A DNA stretch of 61,695 nucleotides, counting the filler, from Choristocarpus tenellus KU-1152 (lineage: Eukaryota; Protista; Phaeophyceae), in the NCBI GenBank assembly GCA_964200185.2. It is 7 parts of 7 records of this genome, joined end to end, with 100 filler letters (N's around TTAATTAATTAA, not from the genome) between each part and the next. Parts side by side here need not be neighbours in the genome. Positions count along the whole stretch, not along the records: positions 1 to 27,206 come from CAXNAD020000148.1; 6 more parts are not named here. One strand, written 5' to 3'. Each line of letters opens with the position of its first letter. Position 1 is the first letter of the stretch. Below, piece by piece: positions 13,301-24,925 of this stretch. Below the pieces are notes generated by a model that searched no databases, was not told the origin of the DNA, and worked only from the letters and a program-made list of their open reading frames with translations. The position numbers and the translations under genes were made by a program.

Positions 13301-16109
13301 ATGAGATTCTCATCGCCACCTCACCAACATATGTCTGTACCCCTATCCCTTCCCCTTGAATACCCTCCAGCCAATGGATCCGGTAGCTTATCGCCTCGAA
13401 CCTCTTGTAGACAAGCGCCTCAGTGGGCTTCCACCTGCTAATGTTCCTCACAAGGGGGGTGACAGGATGCATGTAGTTGCACGCAAGATGAAGGGGGATT
13501 TGCTTGCTGCAGTCGACTCGGCCTCCTCGACTGTAGATGCTGGCTTGAAGAATATATCGAAAGGACTCTCTGTGATTGTGAGTATGATGCTGGGGTATTG
13601 GGTGGTGCTCAACAGTGTGGATTGTGTTGTATACTTGTTTTCTTTGTCAGACTAGTCACAAGTTGTTACTAACAGTCAATTGTGCCTATGCTGATGGTAA
13701 TATTACTTGATTCTGTAGCAGGAATTGATTTCGTCGATGCTAGAGATGGTTAATAGTATACTGGAATACTCAGCAATGATGCGGTTTTCGCATGAATTTT
13801 GTATAGTATTTGTTTTATCGTGGCACACAATTTGGTGTTCTGCTAGTCATGGCTGTACTGTCTAGCCACAACTAGTTTTTGAGAATTGGGGTTCACAGTG
13901 GTAGTAGAGTAGAAGTACATCTCTATATAATTTTCTTGTCTTTTAGTATTACTATATTACCTTAATATATCTGTTGCTGTATTTTCTTGAACTGAAGTGT
14001 CTCTGTTCTTTGTTATCCTAGGAGTTGTGAGCAATGCGGACTCTGGACTCTGTTGGTGTTGGTTGTGCTCATTGTGCGTGTTCTCCTGCATCTTCTTTTC
14101 TTGAGATGATACGTTAAAAAACAATTATGGGTATGTAAATGGAGTAGTTAATTTGTTTTCGATAAAACGATTATTCCCTCTTCGCAGTCCCTTAGATGCA
14201 CAATCTTCCACCTTTGTTAGGCTGCTTTTCTTAACCAGTCTAAGATGTAACAAGGGATTATGGTTTTTCCTTGTGCAGCTCGAGGTACCTTGACTCAATT
14301 GAGTTGATTGAATCTTTTTGAACCAATCAATAAAGCACTCATGAACTATACCGATTCGCCAAACAGCAAAAACTCTTTTTGACAGTTGACAGTGCTTGTG
14401 TACTGTGGGTAGAGTAGTTTGCAGCTGGGAGTTGAACCAATTTGTTGATTTAGCTGGGTTTTCCATTCCTGCCTGATTTGGACAATTGAGGGCTATGCTG
14501 TTGGTGACCTTCATGCTCTCTTTTAAGCCACATTCAACCATGTGGTGAAGCACTTCCCATGTTCATTGTCAAGTCAAACGGTACCGGTGCAAGTCCACAT
14601 TTCTTCTCTACAACTTGTCGTCCCTTCTGCCAAAAAGACGTGCCAACCTTTTTTCTTGTTGCTGGTCTGCAGGGGGCATTTTCTTCGTACCCAGCTGATA
14701 GGGCTAAGATTGAGAACGGCCCAGCCGAAGTCAAATTGCCACGAGATCAGGTGATCATACACAAACTCTACTATTCAGAGTATTGCACAACACAAATTAA
14801 TCTTCAGGCCAGGGACAGTCCATTATCTGACCCCCTTTTCTCAGTATCAAACTCAAGAGATGATGTAGTGGTACCAAATCCAAATTGCCAACCATATGAT
14901 CATTGGGGTAATATCTTTGATGCACAATATTTGTTCAGGACTGCAAGGCAGTGTGTGATAAAATCTACTGGTCTAATGCTGGATTTGTTGGTAGAGGAAG
15001 GAAACCTCACCTCTACTATATTGCCCCGAACATCTATTTCTGATTGCCCGGGTAGAGCTTGTACTGCATTCTCTGTTCTCCTGTGTCGCTGTCCTTCCAT
15101 GACTTGTGGTAAAGCCAAAATTTAGGAACTGCAAGAGGATCGAAAGCATCGAAAATGTGACTTCAAGGATTTTGTATTGGAGTTCGCATTGCTCTTCATA
15201 TCACATTCATTCCCCTCGATTTCAGAATTGCACTTGACCAAGGGCTATATGTTGATTTATGGTACGGAGTACCCTATACCTCTTGGGCAATCCTGAATGT
15301 GTTGCTTCGCACTTGGAAGTATGGCGTGGGCTGTTTCTTCTCATTTTATCTTCAGATAACCTTAGCTCTGAGGCATTAATGTGTGCATCTGTGGGCTCCT
15401 TGAGGGAAGATGTTGTCTGGGAAGGGGATGCTAGGGAATAGTAGGTGGTTTGAAATGGAGGTGAATTAGTTATGCAATGATTTTCAAAGGCAAGTTGCTT
15501 TATTTATTTCGATGCATAGGATTTGGTTTTTGTTATGTGTGATATGTGTGTCACATCTACTCTGTCCTGTTGAATTTTCTGACTCTGAAGTAGTTTTGAA
15601 CAAGGAAGTCGCCGATTAGCCAAAAATGTTTCAGATAAAACAGGTGTTATATTCAATGGAGTGCTTATTTCTTATGTTAACACTGGTTGATTCATAGGTC
15701 CTCATCCCAAACTGGCACCTAGTAATGTATTGAGAGTTACCTTTTCTAAGCTGCTGCAACGCAACCCTCAAAACACCCAAGTATTTATGCCCCCCACCCC
15801 TTATTTGTGCAGATTGCTGAAGCTGCAGCCTCTCTCAACGAACGTGTGGACTGGGCTCTTCAGGAGCATCCATTGGATGGTATACATCCTTACCCAGCAG
15901 CAATTTGGGCACATGGATCATATTTTGGTAACATCGACTTGTTGCTGTTTGTAGTCAAGCTGCTAGAAAAGGAAAAATCAAGCCTCCAGTTGAGTGGTGA
16001 CATCCCAGCAGAGCTACTAGAGGCGGCATTGAAAGAGAGTGGTAACCTCTCTACAATGCCAATGCTCACTCAAGGAGACATGGAGGGTATTATGGAAGGG
16101 AAGGGGTAG
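1317..16109 (+). CDS. Intracellular phospholipase A1, DDHD family (DDHD1/DDHD2/SEC23IP-like) with N-terminal WWE-like repeats, ~634 aa, 14 exons
   Basis: Phase-consistent exons: 1317-1346, 1878-2003, 3162-3293, 5155-5232, 5508-5593, 6728-6920 (GC donor), 7786-7986, 8595-8734, 9862-9952, 11864-11982, 12828-12954, 13371-13577, 14673-14750, 15813-16109. Motifs are PLYW..VRRGTYF, HLVFLVHGIG, IEFLPVEW, LPSIPALRQFANEVLMDIMYY, lipase GHSLG, GSPIGVFLTLR, FYNVFHPMDPVAYRLEPL, RVDWALQ and AHGSYF. The start codon (aatATGg) is the least certain part. Confidence 0.93.
1725..1776 (+). repeat. Intronic 16-bp tandem repeat, ~3 copies
   Basis: GATCGCATCTGTGCAA / GATTGCATCTGTGCAA / GATCGCATTTGTGTAA. Confidence 0.9.
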
Positions 16110-17492
16110 GAGGAAGTGGTGACTGGAGGAGGCAGGACATTAAGACCGATATGTTCTATTTTTTATCCTTTCGCAAGAGACCTGATAGTGCAGGGATTTG
16201 TGTGGACGTATATAGGGAGAGTAATGGAGACGTCGATTCTAGCTATCTTACATATTTATGTTCTATGTTTGTAGCTTATGTTCTACTTGTCGATCTGTGT
16301 TTCTTGCTCTCTTTGTAGACTTGAGCCTGGACTGAAAGCAGTTAGCTAAGGTGATTACTAACGCATGAGAAAAGGTGGTGCATTATTCTGATTTTCAATC
16401 TGATAAGTTGAACATGGTTCGCTGTAGATACCTTTGCTATCTATGCAGAAAAGAAAGCAAATGCTGTACCTGGGACTCCCTGCTCAGTCACACCAGTGCT
16501 TTCAGTGCGTTCAAGATATTCACCTCTTGCAAAGGATGCAATCATTTGGTTGGTGCTGTATTTGATTTTGCGTGTCGTTGATATCCATGCCCTTCCAGGA
16601 ATAAACAAGGGACTGATCATCTCCTTGCTTCGCTATAAGTGCCCTCATCCCAACCTAGGATGAGCAGACTCGTTTGCAATAATGGAAGATGTTTCACAAG
16701 AATACTATGTTGACTTGTATGTTGCACTAGCTCTTGTTGTGCTAGTGTTTCCTGCTTTGGGATGGCAATGGCTGGACTCCTCCAGCAGCGGCGTTTCACC
16801 TGTGTGTGTATGTGTGTATGTTTGGTGTGTTGTTGATGTTCAGGGTAATTCCAGAAACCAGACGTTTCTGCTCCAAGCCAATATTGACTTGTTGAGTGGT
16901 ATGGCAATGTTCTTAAACCTTGACATGTACACACTTATCCTCCTTTGCCTGCTCCTGTTCATGGTGGGAGTATTAAGATGCGGTCAAGGTCTCTAGATGA
17001 TACACTGCCTGTTCATGACCCTCCAGTCTCTTCTCATCGAATTGGTGTCAACAGATAATGCAACAATGTAATTGAATGCCAGTGCCTGATTTAGAAGCTT
17101 GAACAGTGGCAGCGTGAAATGTAGCACAGCTAGAAACTCATCAATCAACTTGGTTCTGGTTAGTATTGACCAACAATTTAGTTTGTCTTGAACTGAAAAG
17201 TAATGAAGGTAATTTAAGAAAGATGTTGAGATTCAAGGTCGTATAGTCAAAGGGCATCTTCTGGACCATTGTAAATACTCCCACAACTTACATTATATAT
17301 CCCAAGAGCATATCATGAAGGTTGTTTCTGAGCACATCAGTAATCAAAGGACAACAACATCAACGAGCAGAAACGCCACCCCTCATCCCTCTCCAACTTC
17401 AGCATGATATTCGTACCTTTCAACAGAAACAATATTAAAAAGGTTCACATGTATATTATCATCGCCCACTGAAGGACCATTACAACCGCTAC

Positions 17493-20301
17493 TTAAAATG
17501 AGATAAATCCACTTCCTTGATCATCCTCCATCTCCCCACCCCTTGAATCATTGATTGCATCTCCTTCAGCACCCCCAACATTCAGAGTAGCATGTTCACC
17601 CTTGACTGGCATTGCTTCTGGAAGATAGAACTCCGCAGGCACTACAAGTGCAGGGTCCAAGCCCCCATGACGTACTGTTTCCACACCTCGATATCTGTCA
17701 TGGTGTGTGCATGGGAGGATAAAACATAAGTGGAAATGGTTGGTTGGGGGCAGGAATCGCAGTGAGTACTCAGGTCGTTTTGTAGGGAAAACGTCAGAAG
17801 ATACCAAATGATAGTAGTAGCAGTGTCTTCACTGTGTAACAAAGAATAGAAACTATACTTCACTTCTGTATTGCAATACCTCGCCGAAGCCCTATATCAA
17901 AAGCATTTCGTATAAATTCTTGGATAGGCCCATACTCCAAATCATTAGGGCAACTTGAGGTGTGGGAATATGGATATCGTAACCCTTTCCCTAAATTGGT
18001 CCTTGAAATAAAATAATTTGTTCAGGTAAGCAAATTTGAAAAGGAAACTTTCTGTAACTTTCTGGAAAAATCAAGAATCGCAAGCACCAGAGCTATTAGT
18101 AAAAGATAGCAAGCATAACAATTTCGAAGAAAAGAAATGGACTGTGACTGAGGAAATGGCACCTACCCTCCACCAGAAGCAAGCCACCATAAACCTCAGC
18201 AGCTCCTCGCCCCCCCCCACACCCCAGCCCTCACTACATTCACGCCCCTTCAACCTATTCAACGGCCTCACCCAACTACCCAATCTATTTCGTACTTGCG
18301 CTATTCATTCCGATTCGGGGGAAACAAACGTTCAGAGCAGTTCTTCCTTTAAAAACCTGCAAATATTTGTTGCTGTGCAAACTTAGTATCACTATCTGTG
18401 TTGTGAAAAACATCCCCTCTCTTGTCATAGTTGGTGATGTTACCCCCGTGAAAGCACAAAATTGCTCAGTATGAATATGACAAACACATAGTTTTAGCAG
18501 TAAGAATCACTAAACGTGTACAGTTACAAACATTTGCAATAGGAACACAAACCAGAACTATGACCTACCTGCCCCGCCTAGCTTCAGCCCTTTTCAGCAC
18601 TGCCAGCGCTGTCTCCCCCACAGCTCGGAGTGATTGCTCTTGGGTCAACCCCAGGAACTGCCCAAGGTTTGCCACATCTTTGGGGCTTCTACACGCCAAG
18701 GCTGACTCCGCCCCACTGATTTGTAAGTTAACAGGAGATCCAGTTCAAGGATGGGGAGAAGGAGGGGAGGGATTGTACTCCACTACTGTAGTAGGTGCAC
18801 TGACCGATACCCACACTCAACAATAGGAAAAATATTTAGCCAACGGCAACAAATAGACCAGTAGAAAATCCTTCCATTACATGCAGTCAATAGGGTCCAC
18901 TTGTCCTCCAATCTACCTCTATCTCCATGAAGTTATTGTGATATTTAATTAAATCTCGGCAATGTTTTTCTCTTGTGTAGGTTCCTAACATTGTAGTATT
19001 TTCAAAACCTCAGCCTTTTAACATTTCAAACATCCCAAGCTCCAAAAAACTGTGAAGGGGTAAAAATTCTATATCCACGCCCTTGCTTTACCAACTAAAC
19101 CCCACGCTTTCATATTTGAAGCACGCACAAATGCCAATGCCTACAGAAATTCTGCAACACAGTTTCTCTTCCAGCCAACTCCACAGTCGAAGTCATCAGA
19201 TCCTCTCTCCTATCAGCCCACCCTGTCCAAACGCAAGCATCCTGAAAATATGTTGAACATGTAACACTTTCCATCCCCTCTCCGTGACAACCAAGTGTTT
19301 TGGTACACCATTCTACTCCTCAAAATCAATTCTCAGTCCACGACTGAACCTCTCTCGCCCTAGAGAGCACCAGCTCCCTCAACGTATAATTGTACCTTGA
19401 CAAGATGATACCCCGCCCTCTAGAATAGCTCAACAGGGACTGTACATTGCCGATGGTGAACCTACAGGCAGCAGAGTCTTGGTTGCAACACAGCAATCCA
19501 AATACAGACAAGAGTAAAATAATTTGTCTTGTGTGTATGGATGTGCAATGAAAAGGTCATCTTTGCAATGAGATCATATCATACATCTAAGTAAAAGTGA
19601 TCAAAAGAAGAAGAATGACAAGTTAGGGTACATTGCAGTACGTTATTGGCTCCCCACAACAATAGTGGGAACATTTTGGTGCAAATGTTGTTCTGTGTGT
19701 CAAATCCTGTTGCCCCTCAAACCTTATACTTCACAAGTATTCATGTAGTTGGATTCACATGTCTTACTAACACAAAGACAGTAGTGGTATCATTTTCCAA
19801 TGTGCAGTCTCTGGGACGGCCAGCATGGAGTGGCAGTTTGCAAAGGACAGAATTGTCTTAATGTCCGAAGGTCATCATGATCCCAAATAGTGCATTAAAA
19901 CACTCCAGAGGATGTAGCATGTACTGCAATAACATAATGAGGAAAAATCAAAAACAGTACCAACAAGATATCATTCAGACACCTCTTCAATTGTGCAGTG
20001 TGAGATCAAATTGAAAAGAAGTACTGAACAAAGTATCCCCAACACAAAATAGACACCCTGTGTCCACAACAGAGAGTAGTTGAGGCACAACACATGTATG
20101 AAAAAAGAACAGGACCATTTATTTTTTTTCAAGGATATCATGTTGGCAGGACGTATTGTATATCCACAATTGGATGTGGGATCAGGCACAACTGAACAGG
20201 TGTCGTATGAAATCTTCAAAGGTGAAATCCTGTTCTCCTTGTGTTCTCCTCTGTAGGACATGAGCTGATTTGTGGATGAACGGAAGGATGAACGAGTAGA
20301 T

Positions 20302-20340
<39 letters not shown>

Positions 20341-23300
20341 TGTGTGTGTATGTATGTATGTATGTATGACTGGATGGGGTGGGCTGGAGGCTAGATGGAC
20401 GGATGGTTGGATGGTTGGATGGATGAACGTGTGCATGGACACAGAAAAAATCAAAATGTAGAGCTCTAAAGATCCAAATGTGCTCACTCTGAATAGCTTG
20501 ACTGTACGATATCTCAAAGACCACACCACGCCCCAATGCTGCATCTACCTGCCAATGAGCACAGGGTTCAAAAGTCGTTGTGAATAGTGGTGATGTCCGA
20601 AGTTTGGGCTTGATTCCAATCAACAAATTCTACAAGACTAAGGAGCTAATTCACGGGATCACACTGAGCTATAATATACGAATGTATTTGCATTTGTCAA
20701 CCAATCAAACATAGACTTACGGCACAACTGCAACAGAGTCTACACTAGCACTTTCCACTGCTCTTAAATAGTCCAGAGTATACATGATGCTTATCTTACT
20801 TGATCTAGAATATCATGGATGGCAAGAACCTCTAGCTCAGGAAAGCAATGTCCACGATTTAAACAGCTTTTCCAGGTCAGAGTCGTAGCATGCTTCAACC
20901 CATATATCATATCTCAGACATGTGAAGCAATGGTGTCTCTGCTATATCAAAGAAAAAGTAGGTAAGTGCACAACTATCGACATATACCATACACACCCAC
21001 ATATATATATGAATATATCGTATGTTTGCATCCCCCACCCAAGCACCCAAACTCTTCTCCTCAGCACTCTTACCAACGGCTTGTTCACATGAAAAGGGAG
21101 TCGCTCAGCCTGGGGAAAGCAGATTATATCGGCCTCTCCTTCCTGGCAAAGGTGCTCTAGTGTCTGCTGGCAGCATGGCTGAGCTGCTACTACGTCGTAC
21201 GAGAGCAGGGCGTCACTGCCAGGTGTCTTCAGATAATTGTGAACAAAAAAGTCGTATCTTAGGTGGGGAATGGCAGTGGGGCTAATGGCAAATGAGGTGT
21301 ACAGTGGTTAGGGTTAGGGTTAGGGTAGTAAGGTTAGAGTTAGGGTGATACCACAATAAATGGGGATAGAGGAACTTCGAGTTGGGGCTACACTCTGTGA
21401 CTATTAGATAGTGGCTTGATGGTATAGTGGTACAGCTAGCGGCATTTGGTCTAGGGTTTCCTTACAAGTAGATTCATTGTTAAGAGCGTGGTGTATGCAG
21501 AGTGAATGGTGGAGCGTAAACATATATATATATATTGGTGGAGCGTAAACATATATATATATATTGGTGGAGCGTAAACATATATATATATATTGGTGGA
21601 GCGTAAACATATATATATATATTGGTGGAGCGTAAACATATGTATATATATATATACTAGTGCATGCTAATGTTGTGACGTGATTGCGGTGTGCTGAGAT
21701 AGGCAGGAGTCCCCTTCGCAGAAGTGTGAATCAACAAGAGAAAGAAAGGAACCAGGAGATAATAAAACAAGATTGAGGAAGCTCGGACCTCTACCAATGC
21801 CCTGCTGTACAGCAGCATTAAATCTATTGCCGATGTGAGGCGTAGAATATAGTTTTGAATAGACAGTGGTTGGCATCGAAAGGATGTAGCGATCAGGTTG
21901 GGCTCAAGATAAAGGGGTACCTTTCAGAACGCTGGGAGAGAGGGGAACGAGAAGATCAGCACTTGGATGGAAGGAAGGATTTCACCAGGACAATCTCTGG
22001 CCATGAGAGGCTATTTCTCAAGTTAGGGAATAGCACAGTGGTGAGAATGTAAGTGCCATACCTGTTTGTTGCCAAGGAATCATTAAAGCTCTGCATGCAT
22101 TACTTCAAAGTTCACAAAGTAAATAGAGGTTTCAATATCAAGAAATATATGGGCCCCAAATGGACGCTCAATCCCCTCCCCCCCAGATACTTTGACCCTG
22201 GAGTGAGCATGAAGAGTGACTGGTTACTTTTTGATATAGAGACTGCAACACAACATTTGCCAAACCTTTGCATGCACGAATCACGAGGTGGGCAAAAACA
22301 AGCATTATAAAGAGGCCCTACCATACCAGATGAATTAATTTCGTGACACAGAACTGCATGGCAGCAGGTATGAACAATTACATGTAGTTGAAGCAACCTA
22401 TTGTCAAATGTTTCAACCGAAATACCCTGATTTTTCTTGCACTAATGGAAAATACAGTGGTGCCTTGGGTCACATCATGTCACCCAAAATGAAGTACACT
22501 GTTTGGATCAGTTGGAAAGCGCAGAATTTTGTACTGAAGATTGCGACGACTCCAGATCTCGCCATGAATAACCAATGAACAATAATCAACTATGTTCCAG
22601 ATAATGAAGATGGTGACATCACTTCAGAGGGGGTATTGGAGTGGGCGGGGGACAACGGACTAATACAAGGCAAAAAGAGAAGAATGACCAGCTCACCATC
22701 TGCTGTAGGTCGTTGAGACTCTCTAGGACAACCGTAAGCCTAGTCATCTGCATGAGGCTAAACGATGCACCCTTGCCTTTGCCCGAACCTTCGATCCTGG
22801 AGCCGCCTTCACTCGCCCTGAGTAGGGACGGGTTGCATCTCTTTCCGACAGCACATATACCCTGCACTGGCTCAAGCTCTACGGGATTCAATGTGCATCG
22901 CTTCAGAGGGGAAGGTGGTTATGGACAGAAGTGTGTCGGAGGGTGCTGCAGACAATCTACTATCTACCTTGAAGGGTTGGTACAACGGTCTTGTTGAAAT
23001 GGGTGAAAGCGAACTTTGCTCGTGGTGTGTTTGTGTGGGTGCGAGGTTCGTGAGTATTTGCTTATCATCAGCTGCTATGCCTATTTGAGTGTTATAATAA
23101 GCAGCTATGTGGGTGAATTTATTGCCCCAATCCAAGAGGACTCTACTTCATAGCACTGTGGTCTACCTGTGGTCTACCTGTGGTCCTAATCCCAATAATA
23201 AACTCAGCTAGATAAATGGTGGTTTCCAGGTAAATGTGAGAAAGTGCACACAAACCCTAGTCCTTCCCACGAAATCCCTCCCCCTAAGTCCTACTTTTCG

Positions 23301-23844
23301 TCTACTCGTGAGAGTTTAGTGTGCAAGCAGGGTCCATCGACTCACATGTTGCTTGCTAAGCCGTCCGTATACGATGTGGTTGAGTGCAACACAATCGTAC
23401 CCATCTGACATACCATGAATGGAGATTCGTAGTCACATGGGTAAGGGGAGAAGGGCATCCTGGTCAATGGTTCGGCCTATAAATCATGTCCAAATAGTTG
23501 TAGAGGACTCAACTCGAGAAAGGCTCACATCGTGCATCGGAGATTATTATCAGGAAGAGTCAGGCTCCGATGACAACGAAGATTGATCACCAAGTGCTTG
23601 CATCAAACGCAAAGAAACCCATGTCCTCAATTGAAATACAGCACTAACATCATTGAACAACAATGAGCCACTGTGTAAGCCTACTCCCATAAAAAATTGG
23701 CACTAAAATGTGTTTCAAGACAGCAGAGTAAACAAAAGTTGAGCTTCTGTGTTAGGGCTCACATTCAAACAGCTTGGTCAGTAGGGTTTGCCTATCCCGT
23801 TCGGCCAAGCTACGAAGGACTGGGACGTTGAGATCATAGTACAT
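17493..23844 (-). CDS. RPP30: RNase P/MRP protein subunit p30 (Rpp1/RPP30), ~329 aa, 8 exons
   Basis: Minus-strand exons: 23844-23763, 23404-23346, 22900-22697, 21226-21074, 20548-20488, 19477-19396, 18715-18569, 17694-17493, all with consistent phases. Motifs are MYYDLNV, GYDCVALNH, TRLTVVL, SYDVVAAQP, ADIICF, AALGRGVVFEISYSQAI, RGRGIILSSGA and RSPKDVANLGQFLGL. Confidence 0.93.
20304..20425. repeat. Compound microsatellite (GT)n-(ATGT)n-(GGAT/GGTT)n in an RPP30 intron
   Basis: Visible directly in the sequence. Confidence 0.9.
21306..21346 (+). repeat. Interstitial telomere-like (TTAGGG)n tract
   Basis: GGTTAGGGTTAGGGTTAGGGTAGTAAGGTTAGAGTTAGGGT; similar tracts occur at 4911, 26183, 26924, 41268, 42773 and 48538 (CCCTAA). 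Confidence 0.85.
21507..21656 (+). repeat. Intronic 29-bp minisatellite, 5 copies
   Basis: TGGTGGAGCGTAAAC(AT)7 units start at 21507, 21536, 21565, 21594 and 21623. Confidence 0.95.
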
Positions 23845-24092
23845 CTTCCCCCCTCCAAATAGTTCTGGAACCTTTTGAGTTCTACCACTGGACCTCTTCC
23901 CTGGTGCAATGTGGGTATCTCAGACAACAAAACATTATCAACAATTGTCCAATACAAATCGTCACCTCAACACCATTTGAATTTCATGCTGTTACCGGCT
24001 CCAGTTCAAACAACGGTCTCCTTCAAAAGCTACACATCCCTACTCTTGTGTATCAACAACCTAATGATCACGTCTATCGACGTCTCAGCAGT
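23845..24092. promoter_or_regulatory. Short bidirectional promoter/5'UTR region between RPP30 and minD
   Basis: The divergent ATGs at 23844 (-) and 24093 (+) are separated by only 248 nt. Confidence 0.6.
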
Positions 24093-24925
24093 ATGTCTGT
24101 GAAGCTGACCTCGAAAATGACTGGTAGATTAGTCTTCAGTCACGCTGGAAGAATGGCCGCTGTCGCTCGCAAGGTTCGGGCAACTGAATGTGTCCTCCTT
24201 TTCTTGCCTAACAGGATGAGGACACACTTGCTTGGAGACTCGCAGTCTCTTCTTTCTCTATAGTGTCGAATATCCTATCCCCCACCCTTTCCTTGGTTTT
24301 TATGCACAAAATTATAGTCTGATGTTTCTGGGGACATCATCTTTGCTCGGTGAGGAAAGTCGTCAAGATTGGTCCAAATCTCTCTTGTCCTACTAATTCA
24401 TTGCTTCCTTCCCTCAACCTTTGGTGCCTATATTGTCTGTCCTCCTGCACCCTTGCTTGTTTAGGGAGCTTTCGCACCAACGATCTTCGGGAAAAGCTGC
24501 AATGCGTGTAATCCTCGATATGGACTCCTGCTGACAAGGTAGTAGCTTGAGAGTACTCATTGACACATGTGGTTTAGGTTAAGTGGACCGTAGGTTTTGG
24601 CTGCCATCTATTTGGTCGCGTTCACCATCCTATCAATCATCTATTGCTGCAATTATCCACAACTCTTAAGAAAAGGATAGACAGGCGTATTGCACGTACT
24701 AGGTATCCACCACCCGGTCCCTCACAGTCTCTGTCGACCTTCCCCCCCAACAAACGCAAATGTTGCAGATCTTTTTCCAGCGAATCGAATAGCAGTAACT
24801 CAAGGAAGTCGGGAGTGAGCAATGAGCAAGATCGGGTCCCGGGCCGCGTAGTGGTTATAACCTCGGGAAAAGGGGGTGTAGGAAAGACCACTACAGCTGC
24901 AAGCTTTGCCTACGGTCTCGCAGAG
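24093..24925 (+). CDS. minD: Septum site-determining ATPase MinD with probable mitochondrial presequence (5' part only; rest lost at the contig end)
   Basis: Exons 24093-24173, 24465-24538 and 24769-24925 give MSVKLTSKMTGRLVFSHAGRMAAVARK/GAFAPTIFGKSCNACNPRYGLLLTR/SFSSESN...GRVVVITSGKGGVGKTTTAASFAYGLAE. It has the deviant Walker A (SGKGGVGKTT) in a MinD context. The first ~55 aa lack acidic residues and end in R-S-F-S-S. Confidence 0.85.

Noticed and set aside
14125-15125. 142-aa (-) and 188-aa (+) ORFs inside the phospholipase gene
   Set aside because: They have no motifs. Only 14673-14750 is a phase-consistent exon; the rest is intron.
16682-16996. 104-aa hydrophobic ORF between DDHD and RPP30
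   Set aside because: It has TG-repeat-driven Val/Cys composition and is probably 3'UTR; no family features are present.
21507-21656. Regular 15-nt repeat with intervening sequence, superficially CRISPR-like
   Set aside because: The 'spacers' are identical (AT)7 tracts, it lies in a eukaryotic intron and there are no cas genes. It is a minisatellite.
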